Shown piece after piece: positions 27,440-36,789 of a stretch of 64,000 bases of DNA. The stretch spans positions 62,001-126,000 of the IMG/VR virus record IMGVR_UViG_3300042892_005961; one strand, 5' to 3'. The notes beneath the pieces are model-generated. The model was not told the DNA's origin. It made no database searches and saw only the letters and a list, made by a program, of their open reading frames with translations. Every line of letters begins with the position of its first letter. Position 1 is the first letter of the stretch. A program made the position numbers and the translations under genes.

Positions 27440-28177
27440 TTATATAATAAATTCTTTTGGTACCTTTTCTAAGAAATTACTATTTTTAGATTCATCGTAT
27501 ACTATACCTAAATTATTAACTGTTTTAAAATCATATAAACAGACGATATCATCATAAAATCTATTTTTTAAAATTACATCGGTTTCCTTTTCATATATAC
27601 TTTTAGAATCTTTAATGTTTGAAGTTTTACTTATTAATGAAAAATGATTCATTTCTATTTTAGTAAAACCTCCAAATGTGTTTGGATGTGGACTTGGACT
27701 GCAACAACCGATAAATAATCCAGGTCTTTTGTAGTCATCGACAAACTCATTGGTGAAATCAATATGATTGTCCTCAACAAAGTTTTTATAAACGGTTATT
27801 CTATTTTCATCTCTAATAATACTAACGGTCATTCCTTTTTCAATATCTTCTTTAGTTACTGATTTAAATACAACATTATTATAACAATCTTCAGATTCAG
27901 TGGTTGTCCAAAATTCAAAACATAACTCCCCTTGTGGTTTATTATAGCTTAATCCCATATTTTTACCTGATTTACCAAATATCATACGAACATCCTCACC
28001 CTCGTAGTTGTCTTCTATTTTAAAATTACATGTAATAATAAAATTTTCGTTGTAAAAAAAATCAGTTACTGATTGATTTTCAGATTTATTGAATTCGGTC
28101 ACATATTGATTTTCGTGGTGTGTAGATAAGTCCCATTGAAACTTTAACCAATACGGTTCTCTATAATTTATTGTCAT
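27440..28177 (-). CDS. Stand-alone LamG/ConA-like domain protein, homologous to the two N-terminal repeats of the next gene
   Basis: IFGKSGKNMGLSY, FEFWT, LFIGCCSP and EMNHFS align with repeats in 28161-30983. Confidence 0.55.
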   Translation of the reverse strand: MTINYREPYWLKFQWDLSTHHENQYVTEFNKSENQSVTDFFYNENFIITCNFKIEDNYEGEDVRMIFGKSGKNMGLSYNKPQGELCFEFWTTTESEDCYNNVVFKSVTKEDIEKGMTVSIIRDENRITVYKNFVEDNHIDFTNEFVDDYKRPGLFIGCCSPSPHPNTFGGFTKIEMNHFSLISKTSNIKDSKSIYEKETDVILKNRFYDDIVCLYDFKTVNNLGIVYDESKNSNFLEKVPKEFII

Positions 28178-30983
28178 TTTCTATTTTTTTAATAAAGTTA
28201 GTTAATTCAGGATAGTACTCTTGGCAATTCATACCTCTTCTTACTTCATATTCTTTTATGAATTTCAAGAAATCTTTTTTATTATCGTCAAATAAACTCA
28301 TTTCAGTTTCATAGTCTGTCACAAATATATCTCTTAATCTTACAATCTTTTCTATTTCTTGTGTTGAGAATCCTACGTCTTCAATTGTTTGTTGTTCGTA
28401 AAAATTAAGACTCCTATATGTTGAGTTGAACTTCATGTATTTAATCCACCTATTAAAATATTCAACATCTATATAATCTTTTAATATTCTAAATGTCATA
28501 AAAGATGGGTGACGAAGATATGATGTGTCTAAAATTATTGCTGAGTTCCAATACCTCTTAGTGTTGAAATGTTTAATTTTATATTCGTGTATCTTTTTAA
28601 TTAATTTCTCATAAGAGAATATACTGAACACATTGAACGTTGACATTACAACAATTGTTACTTTATCTAGTACTGTTAATATCTTATCGATGTTTGAAAA
28701 TAATCTATCAAATTCTAATCCAAATCTTGTGTATTCGGCTTGTTTACCATAACCCTCACATGATGTGAATAATACAACTTCTTTGACTCTATCTTCTGAT
28801 ATTATTTTTTCAAGTTTCAATATTAATCTATCAATCAATTCATCGTTAACCCCCAAATTACTATTGATTGATAATTTTAATTCTTTATTGGGTGTTTCAG
28901 ATTCGATAATATAATCCAATACTTTCCATGTGTCTTTAGATAATAAAGGTTCTCCTCCTGTTATTCTAAAAGTATCTAACGTTGAGTATAATTCAGGGAA
29001 CCATTGCCAAAACGCCTCGACGTATGGATTTTCTTCTGTTTGTCTATATGGTTTAGTTCCTCTATCCTCCATTCTTTTTGTCCCATTATATTCGTGTGTC
29101 TCTAAACTATATCCGCCGTATTCATTTATTTCTTCCATCCACTTAGAAGAATATTCAGGACCACAATACGCACATTTAAAATTACACGTATTAGAAAAAC
29201 TAACTTCGGCATATTTTGGATTATAGTTATCTCTCCAATGTGAATTGGCAATCTCATCAAAATAAGGTTCAGACCACGGTTCTGATGATTTAAAAAATCT
29301 ATCAGAGAAAGAATCTGAATTATCTTCAACGTTCCAACAATATTGACATTCTGAAGGTCGTTTACCTTCTAACATTTCTTTTCTTGCTTGTTTTTTAACT
29401 ACACTATTATGTAACGATGTTGGATTTCTTTTAATCTCATCTAAACCTATCTTATGTGGTTCAGGATGGTGACAACTATGTGTCGTACCATTATGTAAGT
29501 GCATTGTTACTTGTGTCCATTTAGCTAAACAAAATCCACAACCGACTTTATTTAACTTATCTTTCATTTGATTAAAATCTACCATTTTTTTAAATGATAA
29601 AAGATCAACCATTTCAATTGAGGTTTCTTTATTTAAATTATCGAAAATTTCAAGGTCTTCAGTCCTTTTAAAATTAAAATATGTTAGTAGATTATCAGAT
29701 TTAATATTCTTCTCAAGATCTTCAATACTCATTATACCATAATAGACACTAAAATGATTTAATTCCATTTCTGTAAAACATCTATGACTTTCCAATAAAG
29801 AGCTTGGATTGTGGCAACCAAAATAAATTGGTTCTGTATTATAATCTGTCAATAAATCTTCAGTCACCTCAATTCTATCAATTAATTTGAAATTGTGATA
29901 TAATTCAAAATATGAATTTTTTTCATAGATAATTGAAATCGTTAAACCATTATGTAAATTATTTTGATTTATCTTATAATCTTTATGACAATGAAATTGG
30001 GTATCTGTTTCATTTTTTTGTGTCCAATATTCAAAAACAAATTTTTCCACTTCATAATCAAAACTAATACCAAAGTTTTTACCTGGTATACCTAAGAATC
30101 CTATTTTTTGATCTTGGGTATATTGTCTTTCAACTTTAAAAGTAATGTTAAGTGAATAACTTTTATTACTTAATACGTTTTGTAATTCTTTTGTTTTTAA
30201 GATAAAAGGTTTTTGGTGTTCTATCTTTAAACCCGGTACCCTTATTTTCTTATGTTTAATTCTGTCAGCAACACTACTATTTAAATCACTTAATGATATC
30301 TTAATAAGTTTGTCTTTTTGATTTTGAATAATGTTGTATTCCAAATCTTCTTTATGAACCAAATATTTTTCCTTAAAATCAAAATAACATGATAAATTAT
30401 CGTTTTTTATTTTACTATTGTTATAGAATTTTTCAATATCAACTATATCATTTACACCATTAAAAATACTAAAATGAAGTACATCCATTTCAGTAAAACA
30501 TCTATGTCTTTCATTGTCAGCATCGGGATTGTGGCAACCCATATATAACGGTTGGGTTAAGTAATCTTCAAATAATGGACCGTCTAATTCAATTTCAAAA
30601 AATAAATAAAAATTATGATATAACTCAAACTTTAAATTTTCTTTATCATATATCAAAGTAAATACTATACCGTTTTCAATGTCATTTCTATTAATATGAA
30701 AATCTTTGTAACAATGAAAAGTGTCCTTTCCTTTATTCCCCTTTGTCCAAAATTCAAATACAAATGTCTCGACCTCAAAATCGTAACTAATCCCAAAGTT
30801 TTTACCTGGCATTCCAAAGAATCCTATTTTTTCACTATCATCGTGAAATTTATCTACCTTAAATTCTATTGTTAACGTTGTACTTTCCGTTAATAATGGA
30901 TTTATTTTATCGCTATTAATATTTGGTAACTCTAATAACCAGGGTTTTTCGTATTCTAAAAACATTCTATTTTGTTTTAACAT
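28161..30983 (-). CDS. Two LamG-like repeats fused to a radical SAM domain
   Basis: Repeats G(M/I)PGKNFGIS...FE(F/Y)WT...GCHNP...HRCFTEM...HFS occur twice. Then CLAKW...SCHHP, CQYCW, CNFKCAYC and ITGGEP, paralogous to 25939-27393. Confidence 0.85.
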   Translation of the reverse strand: MLKQNRMFLEYEKPWLLELPNINSDKINPLLTESTTLTIEFKVDKFHDDSEKIGFFGMPGKNFGISYDFEVETFVFEFWTKGNKGKDTFHCYKDFHINRNDIENGIVFTLIYDKENLKFELYHNFYLFFEIELDGPLFEDYLTQPLYMGCHNPDADNERHRCFTEMDVLHFSIFNGVNDIVDIEKFYNNSKIKNDNLSCYFDFKEKYLVHKEDLEYNIIQNQKDKLIKISLSDLNSSVADRIKHKKIRVPGLKIEHQKPFILKTKELQNVLSNKSYSLNITFKVERQYTQDQKIGFLGIPGKNFGISFDYEVEKFVFEYWTQKNETDTQFHCHKDYKINQNNLHNGLTISIIYEKNSYFELYHNFKLIDRIEVTEDLLTDYNTEPIYFGCHNPSSLLESHRCFTEMELNHFSVYYGIMSIEDLEKNIKSDNLLTYFNFKRTEDLEIFDNLNKETSIEMVDLLSFKKMVDFNQMKDKLNKVGCGFCLAKWTQVTMHLHNGTTHSCHHPEPHKIGLDEIKRNPTSLHNSVVKKQARKEMLEGKRPSECQYCWNVEDNSDSFSDRFFKSSEPWSEPYFDEIANSHWRDNYNPKYAEVSFSNTCNFKCAYCGPEYSSKWMEEINEYGGYSLETHEYNGTKRMEDRGTKPYRQTEENPYVEAFWQWFPELYSTLDTFRITGGEPLLSKDTWKVLDYIIESETPNKELKLSINSNLGVNDELIDRLILKLEKIISEDRVKEVVLFTSCEGYGKQAEYTRFGLEFDRLFSNIDKILTVLDKVTIVVMSTFNVFSIFSYEKLIKKIHEYKIKHFNTKRYWNSAIILDTSYLRHPSFMTFRILKDYIDVEYFNRWIKYMKFNSTYRSLNFYEQQTIEDVGFSTQEIEKIVRLRDIFVTDYETEMSLFDDNKKDFLKFIKEYEVRRGMNCQEYYPELTNFIKKIENDNKL

Positions 30984-32412
30984 TTATAAACATTGTATTT
31001 GGGTATATCGTCTCATCAACACTTATGATATCCAATACGTCTAATATTTTATTTAATCCGTCTTCTTTATAATCTATCTTTTTTTGTTGCATTTCAGTAA
31101 CAAATCTTTTCTCATTTCTTGCGGTCGTTTCTCCTTTTGCCCATTTATCAATTCCATCAACTTTAATAAATCCTTCATCCTCATGAAACATACACTTAAA
31201 GTTACCTTCTCTTCTTATTGGAATAATATTATCTACAACTTCGATATTTTCTTTAGTAATTTCAGTATTAAGATTTTCACATATTATGTTATTTACCTTA
31301 TCTAAATAACCATTCTCAAAATCCATATGTAAAACCAAACTTTTTTCTTTACTAACCGACGTTTTTATATTTTTATAACACTTGTCATATATTTTAACTT
31401 CAGCAATTTGACCTTTAAAATATGTTTTTTGGTTGCTACAAAACCCTAATATAAATGGATTGGTGTTATCGTGTTTTTTAAGGTTTTCTCCGACCATGAA
31501 TGGTTTATTCTCTTTAACATCGTTTACGTTAGTAACTAATTCATTGTTAACAAAGAAATACATTTCTTTTGTTTTATTATCAAATGAAACTGTCACCCAC
31601 GTCCATTCATTTTCAAATTTCTTAACCCAATTATTATGATAATTTTCGTTTTTATCAAAAACTGTCATGTTAACCGTCCTTGAATTATTAAAGGATAACC
31701 CCCATGTCCAAGATTCGTGTTTTCTTAATATTGGGTATTCAATAAATTTCTTTTCTTTGTCACCAACCAACCAAATAGGCACTTTCTCTTGTTGTTGTTC
31801 TGCTTTAAATAATACAGAAATAGTATGATTACCAGATAAACATTTACTTATCTTTTCGTTTGTTGGTATAACCACTAATGAATCATCTCCATTAAAATTT
31901 ACAACCGATTTTTCTTTATGTGATTTAAAAATCTTACCATCTTTATAACCCTCAAAATAACACCTCCAAAAAAGATCATCATCTTCTTGACCCCAATCCC
32001 AATATTCGTTTGAATAACCATTGGTTTGATACGCTTGTTCTTTGGTAAATAAAACAACACCTCCAAAGTATTGATCATACCCTAATGTGTAATTATACTT
32101 TGATAATTTGGTTGCAATATGAACTGGTGATTTTTCAGGATAGGAGTAATCACAAATTAAATTATCTTTATCGATTGCTAACATATCCACGTCGTGCCAA
32201 GCTACATAATCACAACCATCTTCAAAAGCATAATGTGCTGCAATGTTTTTTGTTGCCCCTCTATTAAATAATTTATCATCAACTTGATGTCCAACATAAA
32301 ATTTATGTTCTATTCCTTTTTCGTTTAAATATTTTGATAAATGTGGTATCAAATTCTCAATGTGTTCCTTTCTATTTCTGTACGGTATACAAATACCTAA
32401 TTTATGACTCAT
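30967..32412 (-). CDS. GT7 (beta-1,4-galactosyltransferase-like) glycosyltransferase with an inserted LamG domain
   Basis: IPYRNR, FNRG, HDVD, YFGGV, NGYSNEYWDWGQEDDDL; then a LamG segment (FKGQIAEVKIYD); the GT7 tail resumes at RREGNFKCMFH. Confidence 0.8.
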   Translation of the reverse strand: MSHKLGICIPYRNRKEHIENLIPHLSKYLNEKGIEHKFYVGHQVDDKLFNRGATKNIAAHYAFEDGCDYVAWHDVDMLAIDKDNLICDYSYPEKSPVHIATKLSKYNYTLGYDQYFGGVVLFTKEQAYQTNGYSNEYWDWGQEDDDLFWRCYFEGYKDGKIFKSHKEKSVVNFNGDDSLVVIPTNEKISKCLSGNHTISVLFKAEQQQEKVPIWLVGDKEKKFIEYPILRKHESWTWGLSFNNSRTVNMTVFDKNENYHNNWVKKFENEWTWVTVSFDNKTKEMYFFVNNELVTNVNDVKENKPFMVGENLKKHDNTNPFILGFCSNQKTYFKGQIAEVKIYDKCYKNIKTSVSKEKSLVLHMDFENGYLDKVNNIICENLNTEITKENIEVVDNIIPIRREGNFKCMFHEDEGFIKVDGIDKWAKGETTARNEKRFVTEMQQKKIDYKEDGLNKILDVLDIISVDETIYPNTMFINVKTK

Positions 32413-33824
32413 ATTCCAACTGTTACAAATGTTATGTTATTTTCGTTTGTTATTCCGTGTTCTACAAAATTTAAATCTGATAATCCATCGTTATATAATA
32501 ATTCGTGATTTGTAGATACTTCATTTATAAATCGTAGTTGATTCCATCTAGTAGATTGATCTTTCCATTTGTTATCTAAAAATCCATTTTCTTCGTGAGG
32601 TAAACTTTCAAATAGAGATTTTCTCCTATGTGGAACATATAATTCGTATATACTATCTACTATTAAGTCTGTAATTTCACAATTAATGATTTCACCATCA
32701 TTATTATTTCCTGATAAATCTTTTAATTTATAACCTTTTATTATCTTAGTGTCATAATATAATTTAAGGGAATCCGCAGATTTGTAATCACCAAAATTTT
32801 GTGTTAAACCCTTAAATTTATTTTTTGATATTTCCATTATTTCATTATCATCTAAAACGATATCATAAACGGCAAAAGCATCAAAATATCCTTTAAAATA
32901 TTTTGGTTCATATTCATTGTTAAGGTCACCTGTTCCAATATAAAAAAATGGTTGTTTTTGGTATTGATGTAGTTTTCCTGAAAATTCTACTTTACCAATA
33001 ATATCCCCGTCTTGGTATACTTTAATAATCTTATCTACGTCATTAATTGTAATGGAAATATTTGTCTTATAATTTTTCTTTATTTTAGAATTGACATAAA
33101 GTACATTATGTTTATTATCAAAAGTACAAATATTATATCTGGAAAATGAGTTGAATGATATTGAAAAATCATATCCTGGTATTGTAAATATATTAAATTG
33201 ATCCACTTCTTTTGTATGGTCACATATTATATCATCAGGATAAAAGGAAATAAATAATGTAATATCCTTATTAAAGTTAAGATTATTTATACCTTTTACG
33301 TAAGCATCTTTTCCATTAAATTTTAATACAGAACCTGATGTTCCCATATTGTCTAAATAAAGTGTATTTAAATCTAAATTATTTTTTATACATCTCAATA
33401 ATAAATCGGTGTCTTCATAACCCCACCCCCAATACTTGTTAGAATACCCGTTTATTTTTTTAAAATCTTTAACATTAAACATTGTAACTCCTCCAAAATA
33501 GGTATCGAATAATTCCCTATCTTGGTTTGAAAAATTGGTGGCTAAGTGTGTGGGTGTAATAGAATAACTATAATCTACATCAATCGGTAACATGTCTATA
33601 TCATGAAAAACAACATACTTACATTTAAGTTTCTCAGCATAAGTAAATCCTATATTTAATAACATTCCTCTATTGAATAATTTAGCATCATCTTGTTCAA
33701 CTATAATAATTTCATAAGGAATATTCTTTTCATTAAGATATTTTGTAATTCTTTCTTTAAAAATGTCAAGTTGATCGTATCTATTTCTAAATGGAACAAC
33801 CACTCCGATTTTTTTATTTCGCAT
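32409..33824 (-). CDS. GT7-like glycosyltransferase with an inserted LamG domain (paralog)
   Basis: VPFRNR, FNRGMLLN, HDID, YFGGV, NGYSNKYWGWGYEDTDL; LamG segment (FKGYFDAFAVYD); the GT7 tail resumes at RRKSLFESLPH. Confidence 0.8.
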   Translation of the reverse strand: MRNKKIGVVVPFRNRYDQLDIFKERITKYLNEKNIPYEIIIVEQDDAKLFNRGMLLNIGFTYAEKLKCKYVVFHDIDMLPIDVDYSYSITPTHLATNFSNQDRELFDTYFGGVTMFNVKDFKKINGYSNKYWGWGYEDTDLLLRCIKNNLDLNTLYLDNMGTSGSVLKFNGKDAYVKGINNLNFNKDITLFISFYPDDIICDHTKEVDQFNIFTIPGYDFSISFNSFSRYNICTFDNKHNVLYVNSKIKKNYKTNISITINDVDKIIKVYQDGDIIGKVEFSGKLHQYQKQPFFYIGTGDLNNEYEPKYFKGYFDAFAVYDIVLDDNEIMEISKNKFKGLTQNFGDYKSADSLKLYYDTKIIKGYKLKDLSGNNNDGEIINCEITDLIVDSIYELYVPHRRKSLFESLPHEENGFLDNKWKDQSTRWNQLRFINEVSTNHELLYNDGLSDLNFVEHGITNENNITFVTVGI

Positions 33825-34062
33825 TTTTCTTTACTTTCTTATCGTCAGTTTTAATTTCTTCTTCTTCTTTGAATGGAATTTCTTTCACTATTTTATTATG
33901 AAATTCAGCCAAATAATATTGGACTCTATTTCCCCATTCATCTTTATCTATTTCCTCAAACCACACAGTTAATGCGTCTAATGAATTAGCGATTTTTTCT
34001 AATGCCTTGATTTTACGTGTTTCAAGTTCAAGTTCAATTTTATCTTTTTCTTCCTTTGTCAT
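33814..34062 (-). CDS. Hypothetical acidic/basic helical protein
   Basis: 82-aa ORF coupled to both neighbours; no recognisable motif. Confidence 0.6.
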   Translation of the reverse strand: MTKEEKDKIELELETRKIKALEKIANSLDALTVWFEEIDKDEWGNRVQYYLAEFHNKIVKEIPFKEEEEIKTDDKKVKKNAK

Positions 34063-34916
34063 ATTGATATGATTTTTTTAATTAATTTATTCCAATTTTT
34101 ATAACGGTTATATTCGGGTTTATCTAATCCTAATTCAAACATAAAATCAGGATTTAATAAATCTATTTTAAAATTTGTCTTCTTTAATTCTTTATACATT
34201 TGAAAATATTCACTTGAAAATGCGTACTCTTCATTTAGGTTTGCAACATTCATTACTCTATCTATCGATGTTGAATCCCATTTAAAGTGATGAACTTGTA
34301 CCGAGTGTGTATCCACCGGTGCAATTAATGGATGACTCCATCCTTGCCATCTCCATGTTGTGTGGTCATCGATTTTAGCGTAATGTTGTCCTGCCGTCAC
34401 ATCAACATATCCTTTCATAATACAAATCTTATTTGGACACGCATTACTCATTGGATATCTAAAAAAACCAGCATTAGGAAATTGTTCCCATATAGATATG
34501 TCATTAACTAACTCACTAAACTCACCTCCACTACCTATTCTATCAATAAAACCACCTCTTACAATATCCCAATTATTTTCTTGACAATCATATATTATTT
34601 TACGTAAATCATCATTAGGATATAAATGGAATTCATCAATATCGGCAATAACATACCAATTATCTTTTTGTTTTGCTTTAGCAAAATTATAAAGTTGTGT
34701 TACTTTTTCCCAATCAAATACTCTTTCTTGAACGGTTATAACAACATTAACTTTTTCGTAGTTTTTAATTACTTGATTAATTTCTTCGGTTAAATTTGGA
34801 TATAACTCCGTTTCATAAACGGCAATCAAAATTTCATCAACATGTTTTTGATAATGTTCAATGAAATGTGGAAGTAAGTTAATTCCGTGACCTATGACTG
34901 TTAATAATTTAATCAT
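34059..34916 (-). CDS. GT-A fold glycosyltransferase (GT2-like)
   Basis: LLPHFIEHY, WYVIADIDEF (DxD), HHFKW. Confidence 0.65.
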   Translation of the reverse strand: MIKLLTVIGHGINLLPHFIEHYQKHVDEILIAVYETELYPNLTEEINQVIKNYEKVNVVITVQERVFDWEKVTQLYNFAKAKQKDNWYVIADIDEFHLYPNDDLRKIIYDCQENNWDIVRGGFIDRIGSGGEFSELVNDISIWEQFPNAGFFRYPMSNACPNKICIMKGYVDVTAGQHYAKIDDHTTWRWQGWSHPLIAPVDTHSVQVHHFKWDSTSIDRVMNVANLNEEYAFSSEYFQMYKELKKTNFKIDLLNPDFMFELGLDKPEYNRYKNWNKLIKKIISI

Positions 34917-35641
34917 TTCTTATTAATTACCGTTATACCACTTGAAGATGGTTTGTTAGGTAATATACGAAAATTATATAAATTAATCAAATTATATGAT
35001 GGGTTTTTTTCTAATTCCTTAACTAATTTTGATGGTCCATCAAATCTATGATGGTCTTTTTTTGAATCTTCAGATATTAATAGATTTTCCTCGTAATTCG
35101 GATCGGTATCGTGTATAACGATAATTCCTTTATCAGATAAAATATTTGAATATAAATCAAAATCCAATTTAACTCCCTCATAGGAATGGTCACCATCAAT
35201 AAATAAAACATCTATCTTTATATCTTGTAAAACAAAGAAATTATAATAAGCATCTTCTGATGTTGATTTAATTAATCGTGGTTGGAATTGTTTGTGATAG
35301 TATGAGTTTTCATCCTCTAAATCATTTGGACCTCCAATACCGTTACATGCGTCAACGATATATGTTACACCAATGTCTCCCCAATTAATATCAGGGTTAC
35401 CTTCAAATATTCCTTGTTTGTGTAAATCAATTCTTGCTTGTGTCATAATACGGGGTATAAACCCACCTCCCGACCCGATACAGACACAGGTTTTTGCTCT
35501 CATATGTTGTATCAGTGAATAAACAATAAGACCGTCACCCATATGTTCTGTCGTTGCACCATGTGTCCATCTATAAGGGACTGAATCACCCCCATTTGTT
35601 GTGATATTTCCTGTTATGAAATCTTGATTGGTTATCATCAA
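34913..35641 (-). CDS. Class I SAM-dependent methyltransferase (Methyltransf_24-like)
   Basis: VCIGSGGG, DVLFIDGDHSYEGVKLDF, GIIVIHD. Confidence 0.8.
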   Translation of the reverse strand: MMITNQDFITGNITTNGGDSVPYRWTHGATTEHMGDGLIVYSLIQHMRAKTCVCIGSGGGFIPRIMTQARIDLHKQGIFEGNPDINWGDIGVTYIVDACNGIGGPNDLEDENSYYHKQFQPRLIKSTSEDAYYNFFVLQDIKIDVLFIDGDHSYEGVKLDFDLYSNILSDKGIIVIHDTDPNYEENLLISEDSKKDHHRFDGPSKLVKELEKNPSYNLINLYNFRILPNKPSSSGITVINKK

Positions 35642-35642
35642 G

Positions 35643-35674
35643 ATAATATACGAAAAATATTTCTATAAACCAAA
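35643..35674 (-). promoter_or_regulatory. Candidate Bacteroidota-type promoter TTTG-N20-TATATTAT
   Basis: Minus strand reads TTTG GTTTATAGAAATATTTTTCG TATATTAT immediately before the methyltransferase start. Confidence 0.5.
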
Positions 35675-36787
35675 CCTTGATTTTTGTGCGTTGTAATTTA
35701 GTAAAACTTCGGAGTCTGATAATTGTCTATTATATATTCTTGAAAGAGACATACGTCCATTTAAGGGTTGGATAAAATTGGGATCATCATAACTTATTCC
35801 TAAATCAACAGGTTTACTGCTATTACATACATTGTTTATGTGGCTTCCATATAATAAATTAGTCCAAGACTGTGAAACGCCATTTCTATGTATTTTCATT
35901 GTTGTGTATCCCGCCGACCCTTTTGAAAAACATAAATGATACCATTGACCAGTAGTTATAATACCGGTCGAAGTCAAAGCACCTTCTAAACATTGTCCAT
36001 ACACTTGGGATGAATAATAACCACTAATTTTTCCATCACTACCAACCGATAGTGAAAATACCGGCCAATAATCATTATCGGTATTTTTTTTAATGATTGA
36101 TGGGTTTGACGATAATGAATTAAAGTACACCCACGATTCTAATGTGAATTCAGACGTTCCGTGGTCAACATCTGTGGTTCTAACATAATCATTAGTCCCA
36201 TCAAATACAATATATCCACTATTACCACTATTAAATGTTGGACCATTTGTTAACGTACCCGCATTTCCGTTATTACTTAAATCTGTCCATTTTGTAGCAA
36301 AATCATAGGATATTGTTCCAATTATATAATCACCTGTATCTGAACAATTGTCACTTGTATATCTGACAATTGTGTGTTCTGCACCACCACTATCAATTAA
36401 TATTATTCTAGATACTCTCGGGTGATGACTTACTACCGCAGAACCTTCAACATATCTCCAATATCTGCGAGCTCCTACTGAATTTAAACCGATACCTGAA
36501 CCTGTTTGGAATCCACATGATGTGTTGTTTGACATGACACCAGTGAAGGCTGTTGTCCAACTTGAGTTATCATCACTATATTGTACAGTATAATTTGAAC
36601 TTCTTAACCCACCTCCATAACTAGAATATATTTTAACACCAACAATTACCGGTGCAGTATTATATGAATTTTTATTACCAGCATCTAAATGCATTACCAA
36701 TCCATCCATTGATAATTGTTTTATTACTTCACTGGTGGGACCTATTGAAGTTTTGTATAATTTATTTCCGTTTAAATCTAATGGCAT
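35663..36787 (-). CDS. LamG/ConA-like virion adhesin with an inserted discoidin-like domain
   Basis: LVMHLDAGNKNSY ... WTDLSNNGN, FDGTNDY, WYHL, RIYNRQLS...NYNAQKSRFGL. The insertion contains VQYSDDNSSW and RYWR. Confidence 0.75.
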   Translation of the reverse strand: MPLDLNGNKLYKTSIGPTSEVIKQLSMDGLVMHLDAGNKNSYNTAPVIVGVKIYSSYGGGLRSSNYTVQYSDDNSSWTTAFTGVMSNNTSCGFQTGSGIGLNSVGARRYWRYVEGSAVVSHHPRVSRIILIDSGGAEHTIVRYTSDNCSDTGDYIIGTISYDFATKWTDLSNNGNAGTLTNGPTFNSGNSGYIVFDGTNDYVRTTDVDHGTSEFTLESWVYFNSLSSNPSIIKKNTDNDYWPVFSLSVGSDGKISGYYSSQVYGQCLEGALTSTGIITTGQWYHLCFSKGSAGYTTMKIHRNGVSQSWTNLLYGSHINNVCNSSKPVDLGISYDDPNFIQPLNGRMSLSRIYNRQLSDSEVLLNYNAQKSRFGL

Positions 36788-36789
36788 AA

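Noticed and set aside
27427-27450. TTGACA...TATAAT on the + strand
   Set aside because: The spacer is only 12 nt and there is no + strand gene downstream.
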